From: Candidatus Magasanikbacteria bacterium RIFCSPLOWO2_12_FULL_43_12
GTDB lineage: Bacteria > Patescibacteriota > Patescibacteriia > Magasanikbacterales > UBA922
Assembly: GCA_001783065.1 (NCBI GenBank)
Contig: MFQN01000004.1
Span: 22,836-86,835, forward strand
Length of the DNA stretch: 64,000 bases
Direction of reading: 5' to 3'
In this document: positions 50,921 through 60,848 of the stretch, piece after piece
How positions within the stretch are numbered: the stretch's first letter is position 1
Layout of the letters: each line of letters begins with the position of its first letter
Made by a program: the position numbers and the translations under genes
The notes under the pieces: generated by a model
What the model was told of the DNA's origin: nothing
Databases searched by the model: none
The model's input: the letters and a program-made list of their open reading frames with translations, nothing else

Positions 50921-52288
50921 TTATTTTACGTATTGGAACGGGTTGACGCGGCGGCCGTTGACGCGGACTTCAAAGTGAACATGGGGACCGGTTGAGCGTC
51001 CGGTAGATCCCATAGCGGCGATGGTTTGGCCTTGCGAAACCGATTCGCCGACCTTAACATACAAACGCGAATTGTGGCCGTAAAGAGTGATTATTCCGCC
51101 GCCATGGTCAATTATAACATAACAGCCATAGCCGCCATTCCAGCCGCACTGCGAGCGGGTAACTGTCCCCCCCCGCGAGGCATAGATTGGTATGCCAACC
51201 GGGCCGGCAATATCTATGCCAGTATGCCGCCAGGTAAAGTATTGCGTAATTCTGCGCACGGTTGTCGGCCATAAATAACCCGAACCAGCCGGCAGGTTAA
51301 TTGAAGAGGGTGGGGCCGAGATACTGCCAAACTGGGTGTAAACACGGCTTGGAGCGTAAACAGGCTGTGGTTTTAATCCATCAGGAATTACCAAACCTTC
51401 GCCAACAACAACATCAGACCCATCTTCTTTTAATTTATTGAATTTAATTATTTTTTCAACATCGGATTTGTAGAGTTTGGCGATTTTCGCGATCGTGTCG
51501 CCTTTCTTGACAGTATGAACAAGTCCGGACACCGGCAAGATTTTTAATTCATTTCCCGGCCGGATGTATGAACGTTCGGTTAAGTTGTTAGCCCAAAGCA
51601 CGGTGAGCACGCTAATGTGATATTTTTCCGCGATACTGCCGATAGTGTCGCCGGTTTGCACAACATGCAAGACAATTTGTGTTCTGGTCGGACCGGAAGT
51701 TGAGCCGGGGATAATCGCGCCGGGCAAGATGGTTGGTTTTGATAAAGCGGTTCCGCCCGCGCTGATAGACGCGATGTCTTGCGGCTGAATTGGTTGGATA
51801 GCGGCGCCGGTTGTTACTCCCGGTTGCGCGCCAACCGCGCCTTCTTTCCAGTTTGGCGCCGTAGTTCCTTGGTTAGAAACAGAAACCGTTTCAAAGGTTA
51901 TTTCTTCAAGACTGAAATCTTGTTCGCCCGGGCCGACAATCTTGTAGAGCAGTGTTTTTTGGCCGGTGATTTCAGTCGTGTCGCGCGTGTAAAGGCGGCT
52001 GTGCGGGATCATTAAAAAGACAACGATCAAAAAAATAATTACTTGGAGCACTCCTCTGCTGCCAAAAAATTCAGCCGCCCGATTTCCTTGGGTCAAATGA
52101 AGCTTGTTAGTCAGTTTTTTTAAACGAAAGCCGATTTTTAAAATCCTAAAGCCAAAAAAGTTTTTCGCGGCAAGGCCGGTTTTTATAAACAAAAAAGAAA
52201 ACCGTGCTAACGACCAAATTAGGCCTCGTTTTAGGTAAACCAAAGTTTTTAGGCCAATCAGCAGTATTTTGTGGTAGTTGATAGGCAT
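50921..52288 (-). CDS. M23 family metallopeptidase with two LysM domains
   Basis: LysM repeats (VQTGDTIGSIAEKYHISVLTVLWANNL; TVKKGDTIAKIAKLYKSDVEKIIKFNKL). C-terminal M23 motifs (YGCYVIIDHGGG, GSTGRSTGPHVHFEVR). Confidence 0.8.
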   Translation of the reverse strand: MPINYHKILLIGLKTLVYLKRGLIWSLARFSFLFIKTGLAAKNFFGFRILKIGFRLKKLTNKLHLTQGNRAAEFFGSRGVLQVIIFLIVVFLMIPHSRLYTRDTTEITGQKTLLYKIVGPGEQDFSLEEITFETVSVSNQGTTAPNWKEGAVGAQPGVTTGAAIQPIQPQDIASISAGGTALSKPTILPGAIIPGSTSGPTRTQIVLHVVQTGDTIGSIAEKYHISVLTVLWANNLTERSYIRPGNELKILPVSGLVHTVKKGDTIAKIAKLYKSDVEKIIKFNKLKEDGSDVVVGEGLVIPDGLKPQPVYAPSRVYTQFGSISAPPSSINLPAGSGYLWPTTVRRITQYFTWRHTGIDIAGPVGIPIYASRGGTVTRSQCGWNGGYGCYVIIDHGGGIITLYGHNSRLYVKVGESVSQGQTIAAMGSTGRSTGPHVHFEVRVNGRRVNPFQYVK

Positions 52289-52291
52289 AAA
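52262..52291. repeat. 30 bp direct repeat copy 1 (covers the start codon of the M23 peptidase gene)
   Basis: cagcagtattttgtggtagttgataggcat. The minus strand encodes MPINYHKILL. Copy 2 at 53186-53215 is 28/30 identical. Confidence 0.7.
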
Positions 52292-52435
52292 ACAGAAGGT
52301 AGATATTATCTACCTATTTTGTCTCTCTGTCAACGATTAAAGTATAGCATAGATTGGGCCGTTGATTAAGTGTTTTGGGATTTTAAAACAAAACCACCCA
52401 CAAGCTGTGGGTGACTAAAGAAGCGCCGGCATTAT

Positions 52436-52696
52436 TTATTGGTAAATATCGTGATCTCCCACAGAATGAAAACACACCATATTTTTGTCTTTGGAGAATT
52501 CAAAAATTATTCGGTATTTATAGCTGACAGAAAAAGATAAAAAGCCGCTCAATTTGCCTTTTAGCCGGTGTGTTTTTAGTTTGGGATCAAATATGTTTTT
52601 GCGGAAAAGCGCTTCTTGCTCCTCGGCAATAGTTTTAATGGCGCTGGGCAGTTTTTTGTATTCCCGAGCGAATTTTGGGCTGTAAATTATCTCCAT
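52436..52696 (-). CDS. type II toxin, RelE/ParE family
   Basis: LKTHRLKGKLSGFLSFSVSYKYRIIFEFSKDKNMVCFHSVGDHDIY. Confidence 0.65.
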   Translation of the reverse strand: MEIIYSPKFAREYKKLPSAIKTIAEEQEALFRKNIFDPKLKTHRLKGKLSGFLSFSVSYKYRIIFEFSKDKNMVCFHSVGDHDIYQ

Positions 52697-52708
52697 ATCC
52701 GGCGGAGA

Positions 52709-52924
52709 CTACCTTAAATTTTTTAAAGATTTTAAAACTTTGCCCTTGCCAGCTGCGATTTCTAGACGGCTCTTGTTTAATTCTTTCAGAAGCTGGTTTT
52801 CTTGCCAGTCTCTTAGCAGTTCTCTAAAAAATTCACTGGTTGAAGAGTAGGATCCGGTTTTAACGGCGTTTTTAACCGTTTTGACCATGAGAGGGGGGAG
52901 AGACAGGTTGAGTACTTGACGCAT
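52709..52924 (-). CDS. ParD/RHH-type antitoxin
   Basis: MRQVLNLSLPPLMVKTVKNAVKTGSYSSTSEFFRELLRDWQE, immediately upstream of the RelE/ParE gene. Likely start at 52924. Confidence 0.55.
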   Translation of the reverse strand: MRQVLNLSLPPLMVKTVKNAVKTGSYSSTSEFFRELLRDWQENQLLKELNKSRLEIAAGKGKVLKSLKNLR

Positions 52925-53185
52925 AGGCGTAAAATTAATTGTATTACATTGTAATACAATAGTATCATGGAGCAAAAACTTTGTCAAGCGCTTGTGCAGA
53001 TCCAAATTATTTTCTCACCCCACAATCATTGTGTTGTGTCTCGCGTCAGTCCTGTCTGGAGAGCTGGCGCGGGATCACTTTCGTGTCTCCTTGTAGTTGC
53101 CGGGCTGAATAAGTTCACCCACATTCTGGACTCCTAATCAGGGTCTATATGAGACAATTTTGTATATATAAAGGTATCAACCAGC

Positions 53186-53215
53186 AGGATTTTGTGGTAG
53201 TTGATGGGCATTTTT
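53186..53215. repeat. 30 bp direct repeat copy 2 (orphan duplicate of the peptidase 5' end)
   Basis: cagcaggattttgtggtagttgatgggcat. The minus strand would encode MPINYHKILLVDTFIYTKLSHIDPD stop. Confidence 0.7.
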
Positions 53216-53284
53216 TGAATAGCGCTGATTTAGATAGATTTTGTCGGATTACACAGATTTTGGAACAACAGCGGATTATAAAAT

Positions 53285-54445
53285 TTAGTCAATAAACAAT
53301 GGATTGCTACTGTCAATGATTTTGACTTTCACGCGATATTGGTTTTCAAAAGCCCTGGTATTTATATTTTGTTTTTTCCATTTGATTTCATAAGCGGAAA
53401 TTCTTCCGCCTTCTTTTACGATCATGTCCACCTCGCTCTTTGCCTTTGAACGCCAAAAAAACAGATTTCTTTTTCGGCCAAAGAGCAAATTGTGTTTGGC
53501 AAATTCCGCCACTACCCAGTTCTCCCACAATTGGCCGATGTCGCTTCGCAACGGATTTAAAGAAAATTCATTCAAGATGGCGTTTCTGACACCAGTGTCA
53601 TAGAAATAAATTTTGCGGCTTTTTGAAATTTCCTTTCTCGGATTTGTGCTGAATGCCGGCAAGCGAAAAATTACAAAAGTTTCTTCCAGTAAGTCAAGAT
53701 ATTTGTTGATCGTAGCCTTGTTGATTCCCAAACCGCTCGCCAACTCGTTCACGGAGACCTCCGCGCCAGCTTGATGCGCCAACAGCATCAATAATTTTTT
53801 GATTAAATCCGGAGTTTTAATCAAGCCGAGCTGGAGCACGTCTTTTAGCAGGTAGTCTGACACCAGATTTAATAAATATTGCTGTTTATCCGCGGAATTA
53901 ATCGTTTCCGGATAATTGCCAAAAACCAGAGATTGGATCAACAGAGAGTTTATTTGCGGCCCGAAATTTTTATTCAAAGCGGCATTTTCATAGGTGGCGG
54001 AATACCACGGCTGGCTGGCGACGACCTCTTTAAATAAAAACGGAGACAGGAAAAGTTTTTCGTTCCGTCCAGTCAGGCTTTCCGCGGGTTGATTTATCAG
54101 GTCTAAACTTGAAGAACCAAGCAAAAAAATTTTTGGATTAACTGACGCGTCATACCAGCCTTTGATAATCTGGCCGGTATTTTTTAATCTTTGCGCCTCA
54201 TCAATGATAAGGTAGCTTGGCTCACCGATTGTTTTCATGGCCTGAAACGGCTCCAATGTTGACATGGCCAAAAACCTGTTCTTATCCACCTCAATATCCA
54301 AATTTAAAAACGCCGTCTTTTCATTGGCCAGAATGTGTCTTATTAACGTGGTTTTGCCAACCTGCCGCGCTCCTAAGATTATTAGAACCTTGCTATTTTT
54401 GAGCGTTTTTGACAGAATCTCTTCAGCGATCCTTTTTATATACAT
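53285..54445 (-). CDS. AAA+ ATPase with C-terminal DUF4143-like domain
   Basis: Walker A LGARQVGKTTL. 386 aa. C-terminal region typical of the AAA_14/DUF4143 family. Confidence 0.7.
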   Translation of the reverse strand: MYIKRIAEEILSKTLKNSKVLIILGARQVGKTTLIRHILANEKTAFLNLDIEVDKNRFLAMSTLEPFQAMKTIGEPSYLIIDEAQRLKNTGQIIKGWYDASVNPKIFLLGSSSLDLINQPAESLTGRNEKLFLSPFLFKEVVASQPWYSATYENAALNKNFGPQINSLLIQSLVFGNYPETINSADKQQYLLNLVSDYLLKDVLQLGLIKTPDLIKKLLMLLAHQAGAEVSVNELASGLGINKATINKYLDLLEETFVIFRLPAFSTNPRKEISKSRKIYFYDTGVRNAILNEFSLNPLRSDIGQLWENWVVAEFAKHNLLFGRKRNLFFWRSKAKSEVDMIVKEGGRISAYEIKWKKQNINTRAFENQYRVKVKIIDSSNPLFID

Positions 54446-54795
54446 AAAAAATAGATTATTCTATATACCGTAGTATATCAAATAATATATAATTTGTCAA
54501 TAGAAGTCTCTTTCTGTTGTATTTTGTTGTTGTGTCAACTTGCCCAAAGCGATTTCGGATCGATCGAAATGGAGTCGGTGGGTGGGTAGAGTATAGCACA
54601 AATTCAGTCCGGGATTAAGTCCAAGACGTATGTGGCCTTGTATATGGCATTATCCACATGTCATTTTATTTTTTAAAAAAAGGCGGCGTGTCTTGACTCT
54701 TTTAACATTTTATGTAAATATATTAACGTCAAGTTGCCGGGCATGGTGTCCGGAAATACTAGACGAGATGTCAAGAAAGATGAGGAGGATGGAAC

Positions 54796-55275
54796 GTGAA
54801 TACCAAGTGGACTCCCGGGCTGGTCAAAGATGTGCAGGCCTTACTGATCATCACTGGCTACGATAAGAGCGGCCGGCTGAACGCCGACGGCGACCTCGGC
54901 GAGCACACACGGAATGCCTTGTTGGCATTTCAGGCGCACGAGGAGCTCGAGCAGACCGGAGAACTGAACGAGGAAGTGCTTCAGCACATGGCCAACCATT
55001 TCTTCGACCCGTCGGCAGGTGGGGTGGATCCTATCAAGAGAATCCAGGCGGCCATGTTCCTTGAAGGCTTTGACTCCGGCGGCGAGCTCATCGTCGATGG
55101 CGTTCTTGGCGAGCACACACAGAAGATGCTTCCGCTCCTCACCGCACACTACTACGTCATGAACAGGAGCTACTGCATCGATCTCCCCGAGGCCGATGAG
55201 AAAGCGCCGGACGGTTGCCGCGCCGAGACCGTCGATGTGCCGCCGAACGGCGAGGGCGAGCGCAACCGGCTCTAG
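54796..55275 (+). CDS. peptidoglycan-binding-domain (PG_binding_1-like) repeat protein in a GC-rich island
   Basis: GTG start with strong RBS GAGGAGG. Two repeats of the LxxxGYDxxGxLxxDGxLGExTxxALxxFQ pattern. GC far above local background. Confidence 0.5.
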   Translation: MNTKWTPGLVKDVQALLIITGYDKSGRLNADGDLGEHTRNALLAFQAHEELEQTGELNEEVLQHMANHFFDPSAGGVDPIKRIQAAMFLEGFDSGGELIVDGVLGEHTQKMLPLLTAHYYVMNRSYCIDLPEADEKAPDGCRAETVDVPPNGEGERNRL

Positions 55276-55682
55276 CCGAATGCGGCTCGAACCATCCACC
55301 TTCCGTTTCTTCCACACGACATCCAATCTCTCGTTGGGTGCGCGCCGCAAGCCCATCCAACTCCCCAAGGTGACAACTTTTCACTTTAGGGAGATGGGTT
55401 TGCAAAAATAATAAAACCACCTATAGAAATATGGATGGTTTTTTGTTTTGTTTACACAGCCGTCTTTTTGCGGAGGATGTATATTTTGTTTATGAAATGT
55501 TAAACGGATTAAAATTTTGTTTTAGCAGATTTTGGACAGGGTAGATAAACTTGCTAACATTTTTTTATAGGGTTGGTACAAAATAAGTTTAACACTGATT
55601 ATTACAAAACACAATCTTGACTTTTATCGTCCGTCTTTCTATAATATACCCCGTTAAACCATCTAACTCTTAACTCAATATT

Positions 55683-57674
55683 ATGCTCGGAACATGGCTT
55701 TTGGTTCTTCTACCGGCAGTAGCGGCGATTGTTTACGGCATCGCGCTGATTTTTTTAATAAACAAGTTGCCGGCCGGCACGGATCGGATGCAAGCGATCG
55801 CGCGGGCGATTGAAGACGGCGCGAAAGCGTATTTAAAACGCCAATTTAGCACGATTGCTTTAGTCGCGGTGGTATTTTTTGCCGTGTTGTGGTGGTTTTT
55901 GGGTTGGAAAACAGGTTTGGGATTTTTGATCGGCGCCGCATTTTCCGGTTTAGCCGGTTATTTGGGCATGCGTGTTTCTGTTAAAGCCAATGTTAGGACA
56001 ACCGAAGCCGCGAAAAAGGGGCTTAAACAAGCGCTTGATGTGGCTGTTAAGGGCGGATCAATTACCGGTCTGTTAGTCGTTGGTTTAGGGCTTTTGGGTG
56101 TTGGTGGTTTTTATTTAATTTTTAAAGATATTAATTCTTTGATTGGTTTAGCCTTCGGCGGAAGTTTAATCTCTATATTTGCCAGAATTGGCGGCGGAAT
56201 TTTTACCAAGGCCGCTGATGTTGGCGCGGATTTGGTCGGCAAAGTTGAAAAAGGAATTCCGGAAGACGACCCGAGGAATCCGGCGGTCATCGCGGATAAT
56301 GTAGGCGACAATGTTGGCGATTGCGCCGGCATGGCCGCGGATTTGTTTGAAACTTACGCGGTTACGGCTGTCGCGGCAATGGTGCTCGGCGCCCTAACTT
56401 TCAAAGGTAATGAATCCGCGATTATGTTTCCGCTGATTTTGGGCGGAATTTCAATTATTGCCTCCATTATTGGAACATTTTTTATCAAACTTGGCAAAAA
56501 GAAAAACATCATGGCCGCGTTATATAAAGGATTGGTGGCGGCGGGAGTGTTGGCTTTCATCGGTTTTTATTTCGCCAGCCGCGCTTACGCTGGTGATTTG
56601 GGATTATCCGTTAAACAATTATTGGGAAGCGCGTTAGCCGGTTTAATTTTAACCGGACTAATGGTTTGGATTACCGAGTACTATACTTCAACAAAATACG
56701 GGCCGGTAAAATCAATTGCCAAAGCTTCTGAAACCGGACACGGCACAAATGTCATCACCGGTTTGGCAGTATCAATGAAAGCAACCGCTTTGCCGGTGAT
56801 TTTTATCGTGGCGGCAGTGCTTGTCGCGTTTAATTTAGCCGGAATTTATGGCGTGGCAATCGCGGCTATGGCAATGCTATCTTTGGCCGGAATAATCGTA
56901 ACAATTGACGCTTATGGTCCAATCACTGATAATGCCGGCGGCATTGCCGAGATGGCGGAATTGGGCGAGGAAGTTCGCGCGGTGACTGATCCGTTGGACG
57001 CGGTCGGCAACACAACCAAAGCGGTAACCAAAGGTTACGCGATTGCTTCCGCCGGTTTGGCCGCGTTGGTTTTGTTCGCGGATTTCACGCATAAATTAGT
57101 TGAGCGCGGAATTTCGTCAGTATTTAAAATTGACGACCCGTTAGTTTTGGCCGGATTATTTATCGGCGGTCTTCTACCATATTTATTCGGTTCGTTGTTA
57201 ATGCAGTCAGTCGGCAAAGTCGCCGGCAAAGTGGTGGAAGAAGTGCGCCGGCAATTTAAAGAAATTGCCGGAATTATGGATGGGCGCGGCAAGCCGGATT
57301 ACGCGAAATGCGTTGATATTGTTACCAAAGGCGCGATTGGTCAAATGGTTTTACCAGCATTGATTCCGGTTGTCGCGCCGATTTTAGTTGGGATATTTTT
57401 AGGCGCCGCGGCATTAGGCGGCCTTCTGGTTGGAACAATTGTCACCGGTTTGTTTGTCGCGATTTCCATGACAGCCGGCGGAGGCGCGTGGGATAACGCG
57501 AAAAAATATATTGAAAGCGGAAATTACGGCGGCAAGGGTTCGTTCGCGCATCAAGCCGCTGTGACTGGTGATACAGTCGGTGATCCATACAAAGACACCG
57601 CCGGTCCGGCGATTAATCCGATGATAAAAGTTGCAAATATAGTTGCGTTGTTGATAGTGGGGTTATTAAAATAA
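55683..57674 (+). CDS. hppA: membrane-bound proton/sodium-translocating pyrophosphatase
   Basis: 663 aa polytopic protein with [40 protein letters not shown] and [18 protein letters not shown] motifs. Confidence 0.9.
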   Translation: MLGTWLLVLLPAVAAIVYGIALIFLINKLPAGTDRMQAIARAIEDGAKAYLKRQFSTIALVAVVFFAVLWWFLGWKTGLGFLIGAAFSGLAGYLGMRVSVKANVRTTEAAKKGLKQALDVAVKGGSITGLLVVGLGLLGVGGFYLIFKDINSLIGLAFGGSLISIFARIGGGIFTKAADVGADLVGKVEKGIPEDDPRNPAVIADNVGDNVGDCAGMAADLFETYAVTAVAAMVLGALTFKGNESAIMFPLILGGISIIASIIGTFFIKLGKKKNIMAALYKGLVAAGVLAFIGFYFASRAYAGDLGLSVKQLLGSALAGLILTGLMVWITEYYTSTKYGPVKSIAKASETGHGTNVITGLAVSMKATALPVIFIVAAVLVAFNLAGIYGVAIAAMAMLSLAGIIVTIDAYGPITDNAGGIAEMAELGEEVRAVTDPLDAVGNTTKAVTKGYAIASAGLAALVLFADFTHKLVERGISSVFKIDDPLVLAGLFIGGLLPYLFGSLLMQSVGKVAGKVVEEVRRQFKEIAGIMDGRGKPDYAKCVDIVTKGAIGQMVLPALIPVVAPILVGIFLGAAALGGLLVGTIVTGLFVAISMTAGGGAWDNAKKYIESGNYGGKGSFAHQAAVTGDTVGDPYKDTAGPAINPMIKVANIVALLIVGLLK

Positions 57675-57744
57675 AAAAATTGGAAGACTCAAAGATTGTC
57701 CCGCAGTGAGCGGGATCCAGCTGTGGCGGGAAAAAATTACGACA

Positions 57745-57775
57745 CCTCCGATTGCGGGGGGTGTTTTATTGACAA
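57745..57775 (+). terminator. rho-independent terminator after hppA
   Basis: ACACCTCCGattgCGGGGGTGT followed by TTTTATT. Confidence 0.55.
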
Positions 57776-57828
57776 ATATTTTAATATGGTGTACACTTAA
57801 GATACACCTTAATAAATAATAAAAATAT

Positions 57829-58080
57829 ATGGTTACCAAACTTGTCGGTGTGAAGGAGTTTCGCCAGAATATCGCTTCTTATTACCGTAAATCAATTAAG
57901 AATGATTGGCGGTTTTTAATCATGAACCGCAACCAGCCGATTTTTGAAGTCAAGCCAATCAGCCGCAAAAACGCCACTTTGGAAAAGTTGTATGCTGACA
58001 TTGCCAAAGCGCGCGATGATTATAAACAAGGTAGATACTATACAGCGGAAGAGGTAAGAAAACAGCTGGGGATTGATTAA
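57829..58080 (+). CDS. Phd/YefM-type antitoxin
   Basis: MVTKLVGVKEFRQNIASYYRK... Small gene immediately upstream of a RelE/ParE toxin gene. Confidence 0.5.
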   Translation: MVTKLVGVKEFRQNIASYYRKSIKNDWRFLIMNRNQPIFEVKPISRKNATLEKLYADIAKARDDYKQGRYYTAEEVRKQLGID

Positions 58081-58083
58081 AAT

Positions 58084-58353
58084 ATGATTTCTCTCCCGCA
58101 TTACACGACACAAGCCGCTGAAGATTTGAAAAGAATAGAAAAAATGACAGCGCAAAGAATTTTGGATAAAGTTGACTTCTACTGTCGGCAAAGCAATCCA
58201 TTGCATTACGCCAAAAAACTTACAAATTTTTCCGGCGGGCGGTACCGTTTTCGTGTTGGCGATTACCGAGTTATTTTTGATCTTGATGAAAGAGGGAATA
58301 TAATAATTTTGGTGATTTTGACGGTTCGCCATCGGCGGGAGGCGTATGATTAA
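58084..58353 (+). CDS. type II toxin, RelE/ParE family
   Basis: YRFRVGDYRVIFDLDERGNIIILVILTVRHRREAY. Confidence 0.65.
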   Translation: MISLPHYTTQAAEDLKRIEKMTAQRILDKVDFYCRQSNPLHYAKKLTNFSGGRYRFRVGDYRVIFDLDERGNIIILVILTVRHRREAYD

Positions 58354-58465
58354 TTCAATAAATAGTTTGTGGATTTAGAAAAAAATTGTTGTGCAATCCA
58401 GATCAATACGGTATACTATACAAAAGAAGGCCGTGGTTTAAATTAATTAATTAAATCGTAAAACT

Positions 58466-58849
58466 ATGTTAGAACAATTGGCGCAATACAACAACATCGG
58501 ACTTTTCGTTCTTCGTTTGGCAGTGGCAATAATTTTTATTTATCACTCCTTGCCGAAGTTTAAGAACACAAAAGGCATGGCGCAGATGATGGGCGCGCCA
58601 GCTGGAGCGATATTGGCGCTTGGCGCGGTGGAGTTTTTATCGGCCGTTGGGTTGGCGCTTGGCATCTACTCGCAATTTGCCGCGTTGTTTTTGGCGATTA
58701 TAATGGTCGGCGCCATGGGAATGAAAATAATGAAATGGAAAGTTCCGTTCGCGGCGATGGATAAAAACGGTTGGGAATTTGATTTGATTTTGTTTGCCGC
58801 CAGTGTCGCTATTCTGTTCGGTGGCGGTGGAACAATCGGATTATTATGA
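58466..58849 (+). CDS. DoxX family membrane protein
   Basis: IGLFVLRLAVAIIFIYHSLPKF... Four TM segments. Confidence 0.7.
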   Translation: MLEQLAQYNNIGLFVLRLAVAIIFIYHSLPKFKNTKGMAQMMGAPAGAILALGAVEFLSAVGLALGIYSQFAALFLAIIMVGAMGMKIMKWKVPFAAMDKNGWEFDLILFAASVAILFGGGGTIGLL

Positions 58850-59244
58850 CAGCCTATGCTTTGTTGTTTACTTTGGCAGCGGTTGGTTTAAGTGAAACAG
58901 TTTATCTTATCCGCAAAAGAATGGCCGCGGAAAAACCGGTTTGTTTGATTGGCGAAAGTTGTAGTTTGGTTCTGGAAAGCAAATACAGCAAGCTCTTCGG
59001 AGTTCATAATGATATTTTAGGTTTGTTGTTCTACATCACGGCCTTGTTTATTTCTGGATTTTTAGTAATTGGCGTTGAGCCGCTCATGTTTTGGAATTTT
59101 ATTTTTAAACTTTCAGTCGCGGTTGGATCGCTTCTGTCGCTGTTTCTTACCTATTTGCAATGGAGAGTGATTAAAGCGTGGTGTTTCTGGTGTTTGATGT
59201 CGGCCGTGACTATTTGGTTGATGGGGGTGATACTTATTCTATGA
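58846..59244 (+). CDS. vitamin K epoxide reductase (VKOR) family thiol-disulfide oxidoreductase
   Basis: Loop Cys pair PVCLIGESCS and active-site CFWC in a TM helix, 132 aa. Start overlaps the upstream stop. Confidence 0.65.
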   Translation: MTAYALLFTLAAVGLSETVYLIRKRMAAEKPVCLIGESCSLVLESKYSKLFGVHNDILGLLFYITALFISGFLVIGVEPLMFWNFIFKLSVAVGSLLSLFLTYLQWRVIKAWCFWCLMSAVTIWLMGVILIL

Positions 59245-59621
59245 ACAAAACCAGCTTTCACATTTTGCGAGTCGGGTTGGCAATCACTTTTTTGTGGGTT
59301 GGGGTTTTGATTTTGAAAAATCCGGAGGCGTGGGGCGGGTATTTACAGCCATGGGCGAATGAATTGCTGTTAGTTCCGATAGAACAAGCAATGATTGGCG
59401 CGGCGATTCTTGATATTGTCATCGGCGTGTTTTTGCTGGCGGATATTTTTACCTGGCTCGCGGCGCTTGTCGGCGCTGTCCATCTAATTATTGTGCTCGC
59501 GGTGAGCGGCATCAGTGATATAACGGTGCGGGATATCGGGCTTTTGGCCGCGGCGCTGGCGATATTCGTTGATTCTCTACCACAAGCAATTATCAATCGG
59601 ATTAATTTTTTAAAAAAATAA
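59241..59621 (+). CDS. DoxX-like membrane protein
   Basis: MNKTSFHILRVGLAITFLWVGVLILKNPEAWGG... ATGA start/stop overlap with the VKOR gene. Confidence 0.55.
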   Translation: MNKTSFHILRVGLAITFLWVGVLILKNPEAWGGYLQPWANELLLVPIEQAMIGAAILDIVIGVFLLADIFTWLAALVGAVHLIIVLAVSGISDITVRDIGLLAAALAIFVDSLPQAIINRINFLKK

Positions 59622-59622
59622 T

Positions 59623-60057
59623 ATGAATAAAATAATCATCACTATCGTCATTATTATCATTGTGATTTTTGGCGGGTATTTTATCTTCAGGGGGGCAGAC
59701 CAGCCGACACCATCAGCTCCCCCAATAATAAATCAGCCGGAGGCAGCCGTTCCAGTCGTTGAAGAAAAAATAATAACCTATACTGATTCCGGTTTTTCAC
59801 CGGCGACGCTTACGATCAAAAAAGGCGAAACAGTTGTTTTCAAAAACCAAAGCGCGCAGTCCATGTGGCCGGCGTCAGCTTTTCATCCGACCCACACCGC
59901 TTATCCAACCACCGGCGGATGTCTTGGCAGCACCCTTGACGCCTGTAAGGGCGTACAGCTTGGTGAAAGTTGGTCGTTTCAATTTGATTTTGTCGGCAAT
60001 TGGAAATATCACGATCACTTGAATCCAAGCAATTTTGGTACGATTGTTGTGGAATAA
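59623..60057 (+). CDS. hypothetical secreted cupredoxin-like domain protein
   Basis: N-terminal TM helix. ATLTIKKGETVVFKNQS...HPTH...C...C beta-sandwich-like pattern. Confidence 0.35.
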   Translation: MNKIIITIVIIIIVIFGGYFIFRGADQPTPSAPPIINQPEAAVPVVEEKIITYTDSGFSPATLTIKKGETVVFKNQSAQSMWPASAFHPTHTAYPTTGGCLGSTLDACKGVQLGESWSFQFDFVGNWKYHDHLNPSNFGTIVVE

Positions 60058-60142
60058 TTGACAATCGGCAACTGACAATTAACAACAAATGATTAACAAA
60101 AGGCAACAAAAAAATACCCCGACAACTTTGTCGGAGTATTTT

Positions 60143-60487
60143 CTATATTATTTTTATTCCGTATTTTAGTATCTCATGCGCCACGGGATTTATTTTCGGG
60201 TTAAATTGTCCGGGATGAAATCCGTGAGACTCAATCAGGCTAAAATCCATACGCATGGCACGGCTTAGTTTTTCTGTTTTTTTATCCCAAGTTTTAAATG
60301 CCGGCGAAATTATCGCGAGGTCAATATCACTGTCTTTGTGCTGCGTCCCTTTTGCCCATGAGCCGAAAAGATAGGCGTTTTTGATGGGAACACCCTGTTT
60401 TTCCAACATTGTCAAATAGCCCCAAATGCAGGAACTTACGGCAAGCGGGAGATTTTTTTTGCTTCGTTTTTTTATTTTTAAAGTCAT
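60143..60487 (-). CDS. nucleotidyltransferase domain protein (MNT-like)
   Basis: AYLFGSWAKGTQHKDSDIDLAII is the GS...DxD nucleotidyltransferase motif. Confidence 0.7.
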   Translation of the reverse strand: MTLKIKKRSKKNLPLAVSSCIWGYLTMLEKQGVPIKNAYLFGSWAKGTQHKDSDIDLAIISPAFKTWDKKTEKLSRAMRMDFSLIESHGFHPGQFNPKINPVAHEILKYGIKII

Positions 60488-60608
60488 ATATTTATGACAG
60501 GCTTGTATGAATAAAATGTATCATTTTTTGTTTTTTCGTCCGTCGTTCACTCAAAATTGGGGGGGGGGGCGAATTCGTCAATCACTGGTAGTATGAAAAA
60601 AACTATTA

Positions 60609-60848
60609 TTACTTCAATGCATCCCAAATTTGTTCTTCGTCAAAACCCCATTCTAACATTTTTTTGAAGATTTTCATGTTGATAAATTTGTGAAGATTGT
60701 TTTGGATGGTGTATTTATGTTCTGTGTTAGGATGCTTAATTAAAACATGGCTTCCTTTGCCATGTTTCGTTTCCACAATTAATCCTAATTTTGTACATGC
60801 CTTAATCCATTGAGATTGTGTAATGTCAGAAAAACTTCTACTAGGCAT
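60609..60848 (-). CDS. type II toxin, HicA family
   Basis: LGLIVETKHGKGSHVLIKHPNTEHKYTIQNN...FKKMLEWGFDEE. Confidence 0.55.
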   Translation of the reverse strand: MPSRSFSDITQSQWIKACTKLGLIVETKHGKGSHVLIKHPNTEHKYTIQNNLHKFINMKIFKKMLEWGFDEEQIWDALK

